Shown piece after piece: positions 36,775 to 48,575 of a DNA stretch of 64,000 bases (positions within the stretch are counted from its first letter, which is position 1; each line of letters begins with the position of its first letter). Origin of the DNA: Azolla caroliniana (lineage: Eukaryota > Plantae > Polypodiophyta); NCBI GenBank assembly GCA_043228905.1, contig JBHGNT010000007.1, positions 17,112,001-17,176,000 on the forward strand, given 5' to 3'. The notes beneath the pieces were generated by a model. The model did no database searches. It was not told where the DNA came from and was given only the letters and a program-made list of their open reading frames with translations. Made by a program: the position numbers and the translations under genes.

Positions 36775-38872
36775 AGTACACAGTTCGGAGAATGACAGTT
36801 TCGTAAAACACAAGAAACACAAAAATGGAGAGGGAGAGACAGAGAGAGAGCAAACAACTCAGTTCTATTTCAAAATAATGACGCTCTATACATTCTTCGT
36901 GCTCAGTGAGCACCTTTTATACAACCCTGACTATTGGGCTGACACAAGTACTGACAGTACTTGAGTACTCATGAATGAGCCTACTACACTAACTCCCAAA
37001 ATTATTCCTTACAAGGAATACCATACAAACGGCCTTTCGGTTTACGCACCGATACGGCCATGTTATGCGTACTGTTTTATGCACCCAGTCTACGCACTGG
37101 GTTACGCACCGTATTACGCACCCAATGTTGAGATTGTCACTTGGCACTTCACATACTCCTTCAATCTCTTTCTCTTTGAAAGTTGGGAGCCCAATGACGA
37201 CTCCTTTCGATTGCATCGCCTTGAGTTTGTTGAGATTCATATGACCAATTCTTTTATGCCATAGCTCTATGTCGGTGTCGGGTTTGAGGCCCTTTGCAAA
37301 CATGGCTGATTTTACCTCGTTTGCTTCGAGGATAAACATTCGGCCTTCCCTTCGACCACGAGCAATTAGCCGGCCTTCCTTCTCGATGAGGCAACCACCT
37401 TGGTTGAATCGAACTTGGATCCCTTGCTCCACAATTTGGCCGACTGAGACCAAATTCTTCGTTATGGTGGGTGCATGTAAGACATTTTTATGTAAGTTTG
37501 TTCGTTGTCTTTCCCGAATGGGACAGTGCGGACATGCCGAATCGGATGAGTGGTGTCCTCTCCAGTCTCAACAAAACTGGATCGGTCCAACTCTCGTAAG
37601 TCTCGGAACCATTCTTGATGGGATGTCATATGGTTCGAGGCACCGAAGTCAACAAACCATACATCTTCCGGATTGGAGACACTAGTCAAAGTAAAGGCTG
37701 ACATAGAATTTGCTTTATGTCTAATCACGAACATTCCGCCATGGTCTTCATAGTCGGAGTTGGTGGCATAATTTGTGAGTTGTCAGCTTGTGGCAGGTGA
37801 CTCACGCTTCTTCTTTCGGCACACTTCTTCATGGTGGCCGATTTTTCCTCAATATCCGCATTCGATCAAGGTTTGTCGGCTCAGACTGGAATGGAAGTTC
37901 CCCCTTCTTCTGAAGGTTCCTCGATGGCTTTCGTCTTGTTGCCGAAATTGGGAGTTGTTGTCGTAAGTCGGACCTCGTCTGTCTCATCCTTGGCCGAATC
38001 AACCTCTTGCTCAGCCACGTCCTCTTCCTCCATTCGAATGTCTGTAGAGAATGTGGCCTTCTGAGGCGTTGCTCTTCGTTCGAACATGGTTTTCTTCAAC
38101 CAACAACATGGATTGAAGATCGAAGAAAGAGGGAGGGTTCTCCCTTGCTAGTACGATGTTCCTCATCATGCTGAACTATGGTGCAAGGCCGCTGAGGCAT
38201 ATTTGCACCATCTCATCATCATCCACATTGACGCTTATCGAGCCGAGCAAGTCACAAAGCTCCTTGATCTCCAAGGTGTAGCTTGTGATGGACATGTCCC
38301 ATTGTTGTATGTTGTTCAACTCTTGGCGGAGTTGAAGCTTTCATGTCTTCATATTGGCAACGAATATCTTCCTTAGATTCTGCCATGCTTGTTTTGGCGT
38401 TGTGGCTTCTCGAATGCAGCCGAGCTTGTGGTCATAAACACATGTCGCCAAGCAATACATTATTCGACTCGCCACTTGCTCCCATGTTGAGTAGTCGGCG
38501 TCCTCTGGGTCGAGTCGATTTTCTTGTGGTCCTTTGATATAGCTCCAATAACCTTGACCGACAAGGTATCGGTGCATCTTGTATTCCCAAGATGCAAAGT
38601 TGTTTCGGTCCAACTTCTCGCTAGGGAGAGCGCTCCCCATTTGAGTATTCATGGTGTTCGATGTAGATTTCTTCCTTCTTCTTCTCTCTTGAATATGAGC
38701 TATGTAGCTGAACTACGATAGCGATGAACCGGATTTCTTAGAATGGTCGGCGTAGACACAACACATGGTTATGATGAGGCGAGTGGGCTAGATCAAGCTA
38801 CCAACCTCGCTCTGATACCATGTAAAGAATCGATGGTGATTCTTGTGCAACGGAATAGCTTAGAGATGTGTG

Positions 38873-38930
<58 letters not shown>

Positions 38931-39810
38931 GGAGAGGAGAGAGACACAAGATCGATAATAGAAAATACTCAAGAAGATTGTATATTACAAAGGAGATTAA
39001 CCAACATATTACAAAGCAGGAGAAGAGTGCTTTATATAGTCAATCAGAGCATCAACACATTTGGTATCCTATAGTTTCTTATAATGTGAAGAGTTGCAAG
39101 AAAATATATCTGATGGATTGTGTCAGCCCCTATTAGATAGGCTTGTAGTGATTCTCAATGTTCTTACTAAAAGTTACTTTTGACTCACTATTCTTCTTGA
39201 GAACCACCTCTAGGTTTGTGCATGGCGTCATATTGTGGCAGACGCGAAGGGAGTAACACACCTAAATGGCAAGTTACAATAGGTCATGAATCTCATTGAA
39301 GTGAACATTGGAAAAAAAAGTACGAAAGTGAAAATTAAGATGCTAAAGCCAAACACCTGAACAATGAGGTCAAGGGTCCAAACCTTACACGAGGTGATAG
39401 AGGAGAAAGGTAAGCTACAACTCATAACTAATGAAAATGAAGTGGTAAATAACACCATGCCAACAAGGATTTAGCTAGCATCATGCGTCCATGCCAACAT
39501 AAGCTTAGGTGCATGTTAAAAGTAGCACTACGATTTTTATCTAACATGGTGCCCCCAAGAAGCTATAAAATGATCATGGGATCTCATTGTTGGGTTCACA
39601 AATTTGGGAGTTAAGTTTGTTGAACGGGCAACTCAACAGGGACTCAACATGGGCCGGTTGACTAAACAAGACGCAAGCCAAGCCAGATACGATATGACTG
39701 GATAGGCCTAAGTTTCAGACTGGGTTTTGGAAAGGCTGGAAAAGTCAGATGTTGGACCAGATGACGGATCTAGACCGGATGATGAAACGGTTGAGTAAGA
39801 CGATCTGGAA

Positions 39811-41540
39811 TGTCACGCGCCTATTTAAGTAAATAGGCCTAATATAGGCAAGTTAGTGTCAGATGCAGATGTATAAGATCCGTGCACCTCACGGAAAACG
39901 CTTCTATAGATCGATGAAGTTGCACCTTCCATCGATGTCATTTGCGGAGTCCAAACCAACATATCTCGTCTTGGTAGCAAACTGAGCAAGGGTAGTTGTC
40001 AAATACCCTCGAGCCTCACACTCACATAATGATTACACACGATTAACGCTTATATATCTCTCACACTCACTTTCTTAAACCAATAAAAATAAAGAATATG
40101 CTTATTAAACCCTCTTACTAAGAGGTCTAGCACCAACAAGGAAGAGAGCTTATTGTTTATCTACTAAACACTATCACTAATCTCTCTTAAGCTTATGATT
40201 ATGAGAAAGAGGAGAGGAAGCTTTAGGGCTCTAATAACTTACTAGGAGATCGTACAAATGGAGGAACCTTTACAAAGACACCATAGTGCGGTTTATATAG
40301 GTTTTACATAATGAGTGTGGCCATTTCACACTTGGCTCCCCATTGGCTCCCCTTTCCCACTATTGGTTCTCACTACCTCTCTTTCATGTGTCCTTTTAGT
40401 TGCTCGGTATCCTTGTTGATGCGTTCTTCTTCACGACTGAGGCATGATGCATTGCAATTGTTTAACATCAGTGAAGGAGGTGAAGAATGATTGCTAACCC
40501 ACGATACCACATTGGCACATACAAGAGGGTATGTTGGTTTGGTGGGGGGGGGTGAATGTCGTGATGTGGGAAATGCATAAGAGAAAATAAGTTAAAGTAG
40601 GAATATCAGAAAGATTGAATGATAGATCGAGGGTTTGGTATGAAGGACAAAGAACTAGCTACATTCTTACCACAATTTCAAAGAGCTTGTACCACAAGTG
40701 GGAGGTCAAAGCTTTATGCTACCATCAGGCACTAAAACGTTGCGGAAAAATTGAAGCAAGAAAGTTAGGGTTGCAAATCAAGAGGGGTGTGAGATTAACG
40801 ATGACAAAAGGCGACATGATTGTCGTTTGTTGAGACGTTGTACCAAAGCTTGAGGATACCCCCTGAAGCTCTACCCGTGAACTTATCTTCTTTGTTTATT
40901 CCTATCTTTCTTCTATTGCTTGTTCACTCCATGTAACGAAGCTGAGAATTTTTCTCGTTGTACTTCCACTCTCTTGAACTTATTATTGCACACAAAATCT
41001 ACGGCAAGTATCCGTAGAGATACTCAATGGAGGTTTAATCAATCTTGGTGTGACGGAATTTCTTTGGTGTTCCTCCAGATAGGTAAACCAATCATGTTCA
41101 TTGAATCAATTCCATTGTGTTTCATATTGATTGGAAGAAATCCCTTTTGATTATTGGAATGAAATTGCCACACATAGGTTTTGTAGCGTTCTTCATTGCA
41201 TCATTGTTTTTGTTCAAAACCTTGTTTAAGTGTTTACCATAATGCCTTCATCACAAGGTTCATGACTGAGTTTTTAGATCTCGATTTTGACCACTGAGTG
41301 AGGAATTACATCTACTCATAACTTACATTTTCATGACAAGCCTTCGAGTCTAAAGAAGCCTTCTCTGAGGAGCATTCGACTTTGACGAGCTCTCGACTAC
41401 AAGGAACTTTCAACTCTAACGAATCTTTCGAGTCTAGGAAACTTCAACTTTGAGGAGCCCTCAACTTTGAGAAGCTTCCCTAGTCCAAGACCCTCGTGAT
41501 CCCACTCGAGTAGCACACACACACGCGTAACTATGTGACA
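39811..41540 (-). mobile_element. Possible old solo LTR
   Basis: TGTCAC...GTGACA inverted termini; TATA-like motif on minus at ~40295; short degenerate repeats at 41330-41480. No TSD found. Confidence 0.35.
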
Positions 41541-43199
41541 ACGAGGCGATCTCACATATAGAACCACCACCTGCATGTGGGGTGGGTGGTGGTATTGGTT
41601 GGAGAGGCTCTATTGACAGGAAAAAGATTTTTCTTCAAGCGGCTTGCAATCGACATTCCTAACAATCACTTATGCAATCGGTGCCCTACTATTTCCCATG
41701 TATGTATTGGTGTTTGTCTCTACATTTTTTGAATTTCTTTTTTATGTGGTTGGCTTTTTCATGTCGAAATATTAGGGTTTGGGAGAAGGTTTTGGTTGAT
41801 ATTATGATTTTAATGTGATATTATGGCTTGATATTAGAATGATAGGGAGAAGGTTTAGGGTTTAGCATGATAGTATGATTGTAGAAATTGTTTAGGGTTT
41901 GTTTGATACAATGAATAAGTTTATTCTCAAAAGCTGTTTACAACATGTCTATTGATATGTGATCTTAGAATGTTAATGGTTTATGGTTGGAGTGTTGTTG
42001 ATATTAACTTGATATTGAATTTAATTAGCTTGATTTGATTATTAATGATATTATGATATTAGCGTGATATTGATTATTAGTGGTTTATGGTTGATATTAT
42101 GATTTTAATGCTTGATATTAGAATGTGGCCCAAGTTTAGCTCATTCATCATTGAATAAACTTGCAAAAACTTATTGATTATTAATGGTTTACAGTTCAAT
42201 GTTTTGCTTGATTAAGGTTAATATTGTGTGTGTTTGAGCATTAAATTCAGAAAATGTTTGATTATTTATGTTTTCTTTTCCTTGTATGGTGGTAGATGGC
42301 TGCCAGGTCGAAGTACAAAGACTGGTGGGATTCCAATAACGGTGAGATATATCCAACTCAAGAGAAGTTTGTCACGAACCAATCTCGCCTAATAGTGGTA
42401 ATGATGTGTGATGCATGCATGTTGACTGATGATTTGTTTAAAGGTTTTTGTTAGAAGACATTGGAGAAGTTGTGCAGCTGACATGTCTAAGGGTGGGGTG
42501 AGCATGGATCAAGCACGAGTGGTTCATCCGCCTTAGATTGAGCCGATACAGTCCATGGCAACATTTGACCAAGATGCTCTTTCTACATGTATGTGGATTT
42601 GGTCTCGTTGTAATATGTCAATCTTTATGTAACACATATAGAAAAAATTGATACTCCTAACCTAAGCTCGTTGTCTAAGGTTGAAAGAGATGCCAATGAT
42701 AACAAGGCTCGTGCGTGTATCGTGGCCGAGTATTGTTGTTACCGATTAGGAACACGGTCTACGGTCAGTCCTTCGACGTAGACCTCAAAGCAACTGTGTT
42801 GCAACGAATGATATGGTCGTAGCGTAATACTTAGTGGGATACCTCCCGTAACCTAGTAGCGTATAAGGGAGATGGCTACAACCGAAATCCTTAGACAGCA
42901 GAATAGCAACCACACTATTACTCATGCCTACGCTCTTACGACTACACTACGCCACCAAGGATCACAAACACACAGTAGATTAACCATAGATACGCACAAA
43001 TATCAGAGAAGATAGAACTCTATTAAGATACGCTTCTTACATTCAAAATTACACGCTACCTCTATCAGAGGATTTCTGCCCTTTATATACACAGGGTCTT
43101 TTTAGTCGTTCACGCTTCCCGCGTGAACCGTTAACATGCGTTACAATTTTACTATATTATATTCATGTGCTCTTATCCGTCGGTTACTATTCCTCCAAA

Positions 43200-45846
43200 A
43201 TGGCCCGGATGATTGGTTCTGCTCCAGTGTCCGGGTCCGGGGACGGCGTAGTGTCCATAGGCGTGTCGGTAGGTGGTTCCACTACCTACTCGGGAGGGCT
43301 GCCTATGGCGTCACTGGCTTCTTGTGTGGGCAGTCTAGGCTTTGTGGGCTCATCGTGTGCTATGGTGGTCGGTTCCGCCGTTGGCGGGCTCGCGGTAGGT
43401 CGGGGTTCTGTTTCGTCCGTAACCTACTCCGTGTTGTCGGTCGTAGTCGTGCGCTTTGGTGAGTGAGGCTGGGGTTCCTCTTGATCGGCGGTTTCACTTT
43501 CTAGTGTCGCGGGGGACTCCGCTTGCCGTTCCGTGATGTGCACCGTAGTGGTTCTTTCCAGTGAAATGGGCTAAGGTTCCTCTTGTTTGGCAGTATCCGG
43601 AATAGATATCGCGATGGATTCTTCGTTAGTTCGCGTGCTGCCGGCTTGCGTGATTTGGTGAAACAGGTCCTCTTGACTTTCACCAAAATCGTCTAGTAGT
43701 TGCGCGAGTTCCTCGGAGTGTTGGTCCACTAGCACGCGATAATCCTATGTTAGTTCCTCACGTACTGCCACAATGCTTTCCTCATTGAGCTTGTAGAACC
43801 CACAGCCGTCTTTCCTTCAGTTCTCCTAGTCCGCCCGATATGTATGCAACTTTGCCGCCTGTGCGGCCCACACCATCCAGCCTTTATCGAGCGCCGCTTT
43901 TAATTGCACCGTAAACCTCTCCCAATTTGTTTGAAGAAGTATGCGCACGTTGTAGGTTATTTCTTGGCAACGGTTGCGTGCTTCTTCTACGGTCTTCCTG
44001 AGGTTGTCAATTTCCTTTTTATTAACCGACGCCGCTTCCTCATAAGTGCTCCTCATTCCTGCCCATAGCTGAGATTCCTTCGCATGTAATTCCTCCAGCC
44101 TGCCCATTTCATTGTTCAGATGGATTTTGAGTTGATGCCTTCTCTCCTGTTCTCCTACCAGCTGCTCGTCGAACCATGCTTTCTTCTTCTCCAATAAGGC
44201 CCGGAGTCCCGTGATTGCCGCTTCCGATTTTTTCGCTTCCTCCCGTAATTGCGCATTTTCTTCTTTCGTCCGGGTGTGTTGTGCTGCCTCCGCTACGAGT
44301 TTCTCTTCAAGGGTCTTCACTACCTTTCGGTCGTTGGCTCAAATGTCCTTTTCTTTATCCGAGGACTGGCGAAGTTTGGCGCGGAGACGGTCAATCTCTA
44401 ATTCCGCCTGTTGTATGACCCGTTTTGCTTTCAAGGCAATGGCGATCTGTGCTTCAATTTCTTCCCTTAGGGCTTCAACGGCATTGGTTGTTGGTGGAGC
44501 TGCCTGTTGCGCCGTAGTCGCGCTACTTTCCAACTCCGCGATGCGTTCATTGGCCTTTTGTAGTTCGGCTTGGGTCAATTTAACCTTTTTCTAGACATTT
44601 TTATTTTTAATCGCCATATCCTTGGGGCCCATACTGACCTTTGCCAGTTCCCTATGAACTTCAACAAGGGCCGCGTTTAATGGGGGTAGTTCCATCCCCA
44701 TTCGACGTATACCGGCGTTCCTCTGCCTACCGACTCTAGCTAACTGATCCTCATCATCGCTTTCCGCCATTTGTGTTAACGCGTGCTCGATCATTTGGCG
44801 CTCCGCATGCTCCTCGGCCATTCATTGTGAGACTTTTATTTGTTGCGTTGCCAAGAATTCCATGAGTTCAAAAGTGGTTCCGAACTGTAATAGTGCGCCA
44901 AACTCATGGGCCGTGTCCGGAATGTTCGGATACGCCAGGACCTCGCTTTCCACCATCAATACGGCTTTTCCCCGCTGTGACTGGGCCATAATGATCAGCC
45001 ATGGTTCCTGGATTACTTCGAAGGTGGTGTTGGGCTCCGTAGCTAAGGAGCTGTCGCTCATAGTCGTCATCTCCGTGGCCACGAGTGTGTCTTTAACTAA
45101 CCTGCGCCCATCCTTCCTATCCAGCCTCCGCTGTTTCGGCCTTGAGCTTCCTTGGCCTGTCTCGGCTTCCGGTTCCTGCGCATGTTCCTCGTTGTGCTCC
45201 GCCCGCTCTTCTTGTGTTGTTCACGTGTTGGGCTGGGGTTCATCCTCCCACTCTGTGGTGGCCAACTCCGCTAACCTTCGCTTCGCAGATCATGGCGGAG
45301 GCGTGGGTTTGTTGGACTGGGGTGCTGGCAGACCTCAGGGTGGGAACAATATCGTCAGATACTTTTGAATTATAGGCCTTAGCTTTTTGCCTCCTTGATA
45401 TGCGTCCAGGCCTTCTCGTAACGCCGGCCCCATAATGATCCCTCAATCGACCGTACGCCCTTCAAAGGTATCAATGATGATACCTACCTTCTGCTTGGGC
45501 ATCCCATATGCGTTTACATATACGCATCCGACCTCCAACAGGAAATTGGCAATTTTGCGAAAAAAGGGATCTGGGATCTCCTTCATTCTATATGCCTTGG
45601 CGGATGACGAATATGGACCAAAATACCTTTGCAAGGATTCCGCAAGAGGGATTTCGAAATGCCTGTCACCTAGTGATGATAGGTCCAGCTTTTTACAGAG
45701 GATGAGTTGGTGACCGTGTCGATGTTGAGCTTCCTGGCGATGTCCAGTGCGTTAGGCTGTGGAGGTGCCTCAGTGACTCTAATGTACCCATCCAAGCGTT
45801 TCTCCACGAGCCATCGACACAAGGCGGCCGAGATAGGTATCGACAT
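43200..45846 (-). pseudogene. Extra ORF of element F downstream of integrase (globular N-terminus, low-complexity linker, coiled coil), fragmented
   Basis: A chain of same-strand ORF pieces from MSIPISAALCRWL (45846) through E/K/A/Q-rich heptad segments (43826-44821). Confidence 0.7.
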
Positions 45847-48575
45847 AGTCGGAATAGGCTTGTGGTTAATGGGTGAAGACTGTTGGTTGTGGCGAGTGTG
45901 AGCTCTGTGATAGGATGGAGAAGAGGGTGAGGAAGGGGAGAGATGAGAGCGAAGAAAGTTAGGAGGTTGATTTCTATACTGTGCAGAAAACCTTCTATTT
46001 CCTTCTTTTTGTGGCCTAGGGTTCATTGGTCGGTGAGCTATTGTGGTGCCGCGTGTTCTTGGCCTAGAAGTCTGTGCATGCCTTAAGTCCTTTTAATAGC
46101 ATCACTATCTTCTCTTTTTTTCTTTTTTATTATTCTTTTTTTTCCTTCTTTTTTTTTCGTAATGGTTACTTACAATAGTATTTTTACACTTAGTACAAGT
46201 GGGGCCTTATATTTACTCCGCGGATTCTCTAGCTTTGTCCTGTCCGACGGGGAACGGGTTAGGTGGCGTAGGTCCCAGATAAGGTTTAAGGCGAAACCCA
46301 TTCACTTTTTGTCATAACACTTCCCCGACCAACGTGCCCTATTCTGCTCCCATTATCCAGTACAGGCATGTCCAATAGAATCTTAATTTTCCTGCCATAT
46401 GCCCCATGCGTGTTTGGAAAACTAATACCGGTTTTCCAACCGTAAAATCTTTCTCACGCACATGCCGGTGTCGGTCTACGAATGCTTTGCGCCGCTGTTG
46501 TTCTTGCTCTAATATGGCCATACTGCGTAACCTTGTTTCTCCTAGCTCTAGCAGTTGTTGTAGCCATACTTGTTCGGATTTGCCCTCTGGTAGCCGGGCT
46601 CGTACTTGAATCCGCAAACTGGGTACCTGGAATTCGACTGGCATCACGGCCTCCAGACCAAATGCTAGCCTGAAGGACGTTGATTGTATGTTGGTCTTAT
46701 AGCTGGTATGGTATGCCCATAACACGTTGTGCAACTTGGTGTCCCAATCCGTCCTATTCTCATTGACTATCTTTTTTAGGATAGTTTGTAGGGTTTTGTT
46801 CATGGATTCCGCCAAGCCATTTGCCTACGAGTAATACGACGTACTTTTTTTGTGCACCACAACGTCATGTTGGGTCAGTTCGTTGATGACCGTATTCAGA
46901 AAGTGACTCCCTTGGTCACTAATGAGCTCGATAGGGCACCCGAAACGACACCAGATGTGTTCGTAAAGGAATTTCGCTGTGACTTCCGCGATATTCTCGC
47001 GTACTGGTTTCGCTTCTACCCATTTGGTATAGTAATGGCAACACTGGTTGGTGAGGCATTCTTGCGACTTCCGTGGGTTGGCCTAGTTGTTGGCATAAAT
47101 CGCATTGTCTACAATATTCCTATGCATCCTTTTGCGTCATCGGCCACCAAAGTCTTGCTTGCGAAATTTTCTGGGCCGTAACATCGCCCGCGTAATGTCC
47201 TCCCGCCGTACCGCAATGGGCTTCGTCTTCTCATCTTGTCGTATTCTGCACCTCCAGATGTCGTCACTACCCTTGTGGTATAGTATGTCTTCCACTAAAC
47301 AAAAATTTCGACTTCATACAGCCAGTTGTTTTTTCTTGTTTGTCTATAATTGGGGTGGCGGTAACCCAGTGGTCAGGAAGTAGGTCATTTCCATGAGCCA
47401 CTGATCCAGGAAAGTCTTTTCCGTTCATTCTGCTAGAGTTGCTACCCGCAGAATGTCCGCATCCGAAAAGTCGTCGTCATCCTTCTGCGCCGTTTCTCCA
47501 TTATCGAGTCTACTCAAAAAATCTGCCACTACGTGTTGCGTACCCAGGCGGTGCTGAATTACAAAATCGAATTCTTGAAGCAGCCGCATCCATCTCGCCA
47601 ATTTCCCCGTCAGCGCTTGTTTCCCTACCAAATATAGCAGTGCCAAATGAGCCACGTGAAACGTGAATTTCCACCCTAGCAGATAATGTTGGAACTTATT
47701 GATGTTGTAGATCATACCCAATGCCTCACGTTCCATTGTGGAATAGTTATGCTCAGCCGTTGATAATTTCTGACTAGCGTAGTACACCGGCCGATACCAA
47801 TTCAGCTCCGTGAGCTGCATTAGAGCACTACCTATTGTTATGTCTGAGGCATCTACGAACACGTGGATTGGCTTCACCCAAACTAGTGGTTGTACGACGG
47901 GTGCCTGCGTTAGCATTACCTTTAGCGCATCATATGCCTTCTCTTTCGTAGCTGTCCATTTGAAGGGAGTCCGATGAACAGCGGCATGTAATGGCGTGGC
48001 GAAGTCCGCCAAATAGCGTATCATCTGACTGTGCCATCGTATTTGCCCTAAAAACCAGCTGAGTGATTTCGCATTTGTCGGCGTTTTCACGTGAGTAATC
48101 GCGGAGATTTTATTCGGATCGACTGCTATCCCTTCCTTGCTGACTATATGGCCGAGGAGAGCCCCGTTGGTAACACCGAAGGCACATTTGGCGGGATTCA
48201 GGCTTAAGCGTGCGGTTCGGCAATGCTCCAGGCAAAGCTGCAGATGCATAAAATGGTCGGTTGTTGTCCCATATACCACAAAATCGTCTAAAAAAACTTG
48301 CATGAAGGCCAGAATATATTCCCCAAAAATCTTTGTGATTGTCCGTTGAAATGTCGTCGGCGCCGTCTTTAGCCCGAACATCATGACGACTGCGACATAG
48401 ACTCCCCAGTCCGTGACAAATGCCACCTTCTCTTGGTCGTCGGGATGCATGCATACTTGGTTGTACCCACTGAAGCCATCTAAAAAGTTGTACATGTCAT
48501 GCCCTGCAACGACGTCCAGTACGCTATCAGTGAATGGTAAAGGGAATGCATCCGTAATGGTTACGACGTTCAAGA

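Larger units (their letters stand above)
25340..37146 (-). mobile_element. Degenerate Ty1/copia element B nested in A
   Basis: 3' LTR 25340-25758 with PPT. The 5' LTR is split into 31252-31296 and 36780-37146 by element C. PBS at 31240-31251. TSD CTTCA at 25335-25339 and 37147-37151. gag-pol remnants at ~26300-31140 (CWYCGKKGH, WYVNSGAS, LLYVDDL, FHARTKHIE). Confidence 0.92.
16263..39160 (-). mobile_element. Outer degenerate Ty1/copia element A, host of elements D and B
   Basis: 3' LTR 16263-16670 with PPT; 5' LTR 38821-39160 with Met-i PBS (TGGTATCAGAGC on minus, 38809-38820). gag/PR at 37152-38652, IN/RT at 22938-25334, RNase H at 16790-17074. Flanks GTCTT/TTCTT match at 4 of 5. Confidence 0.85.

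Noticed and set aside
41760-41900. TTAGGGTTT motifs resembling telomeric repeats
   Set aside because: Isolated telo-box-like copies, not a tandem array.
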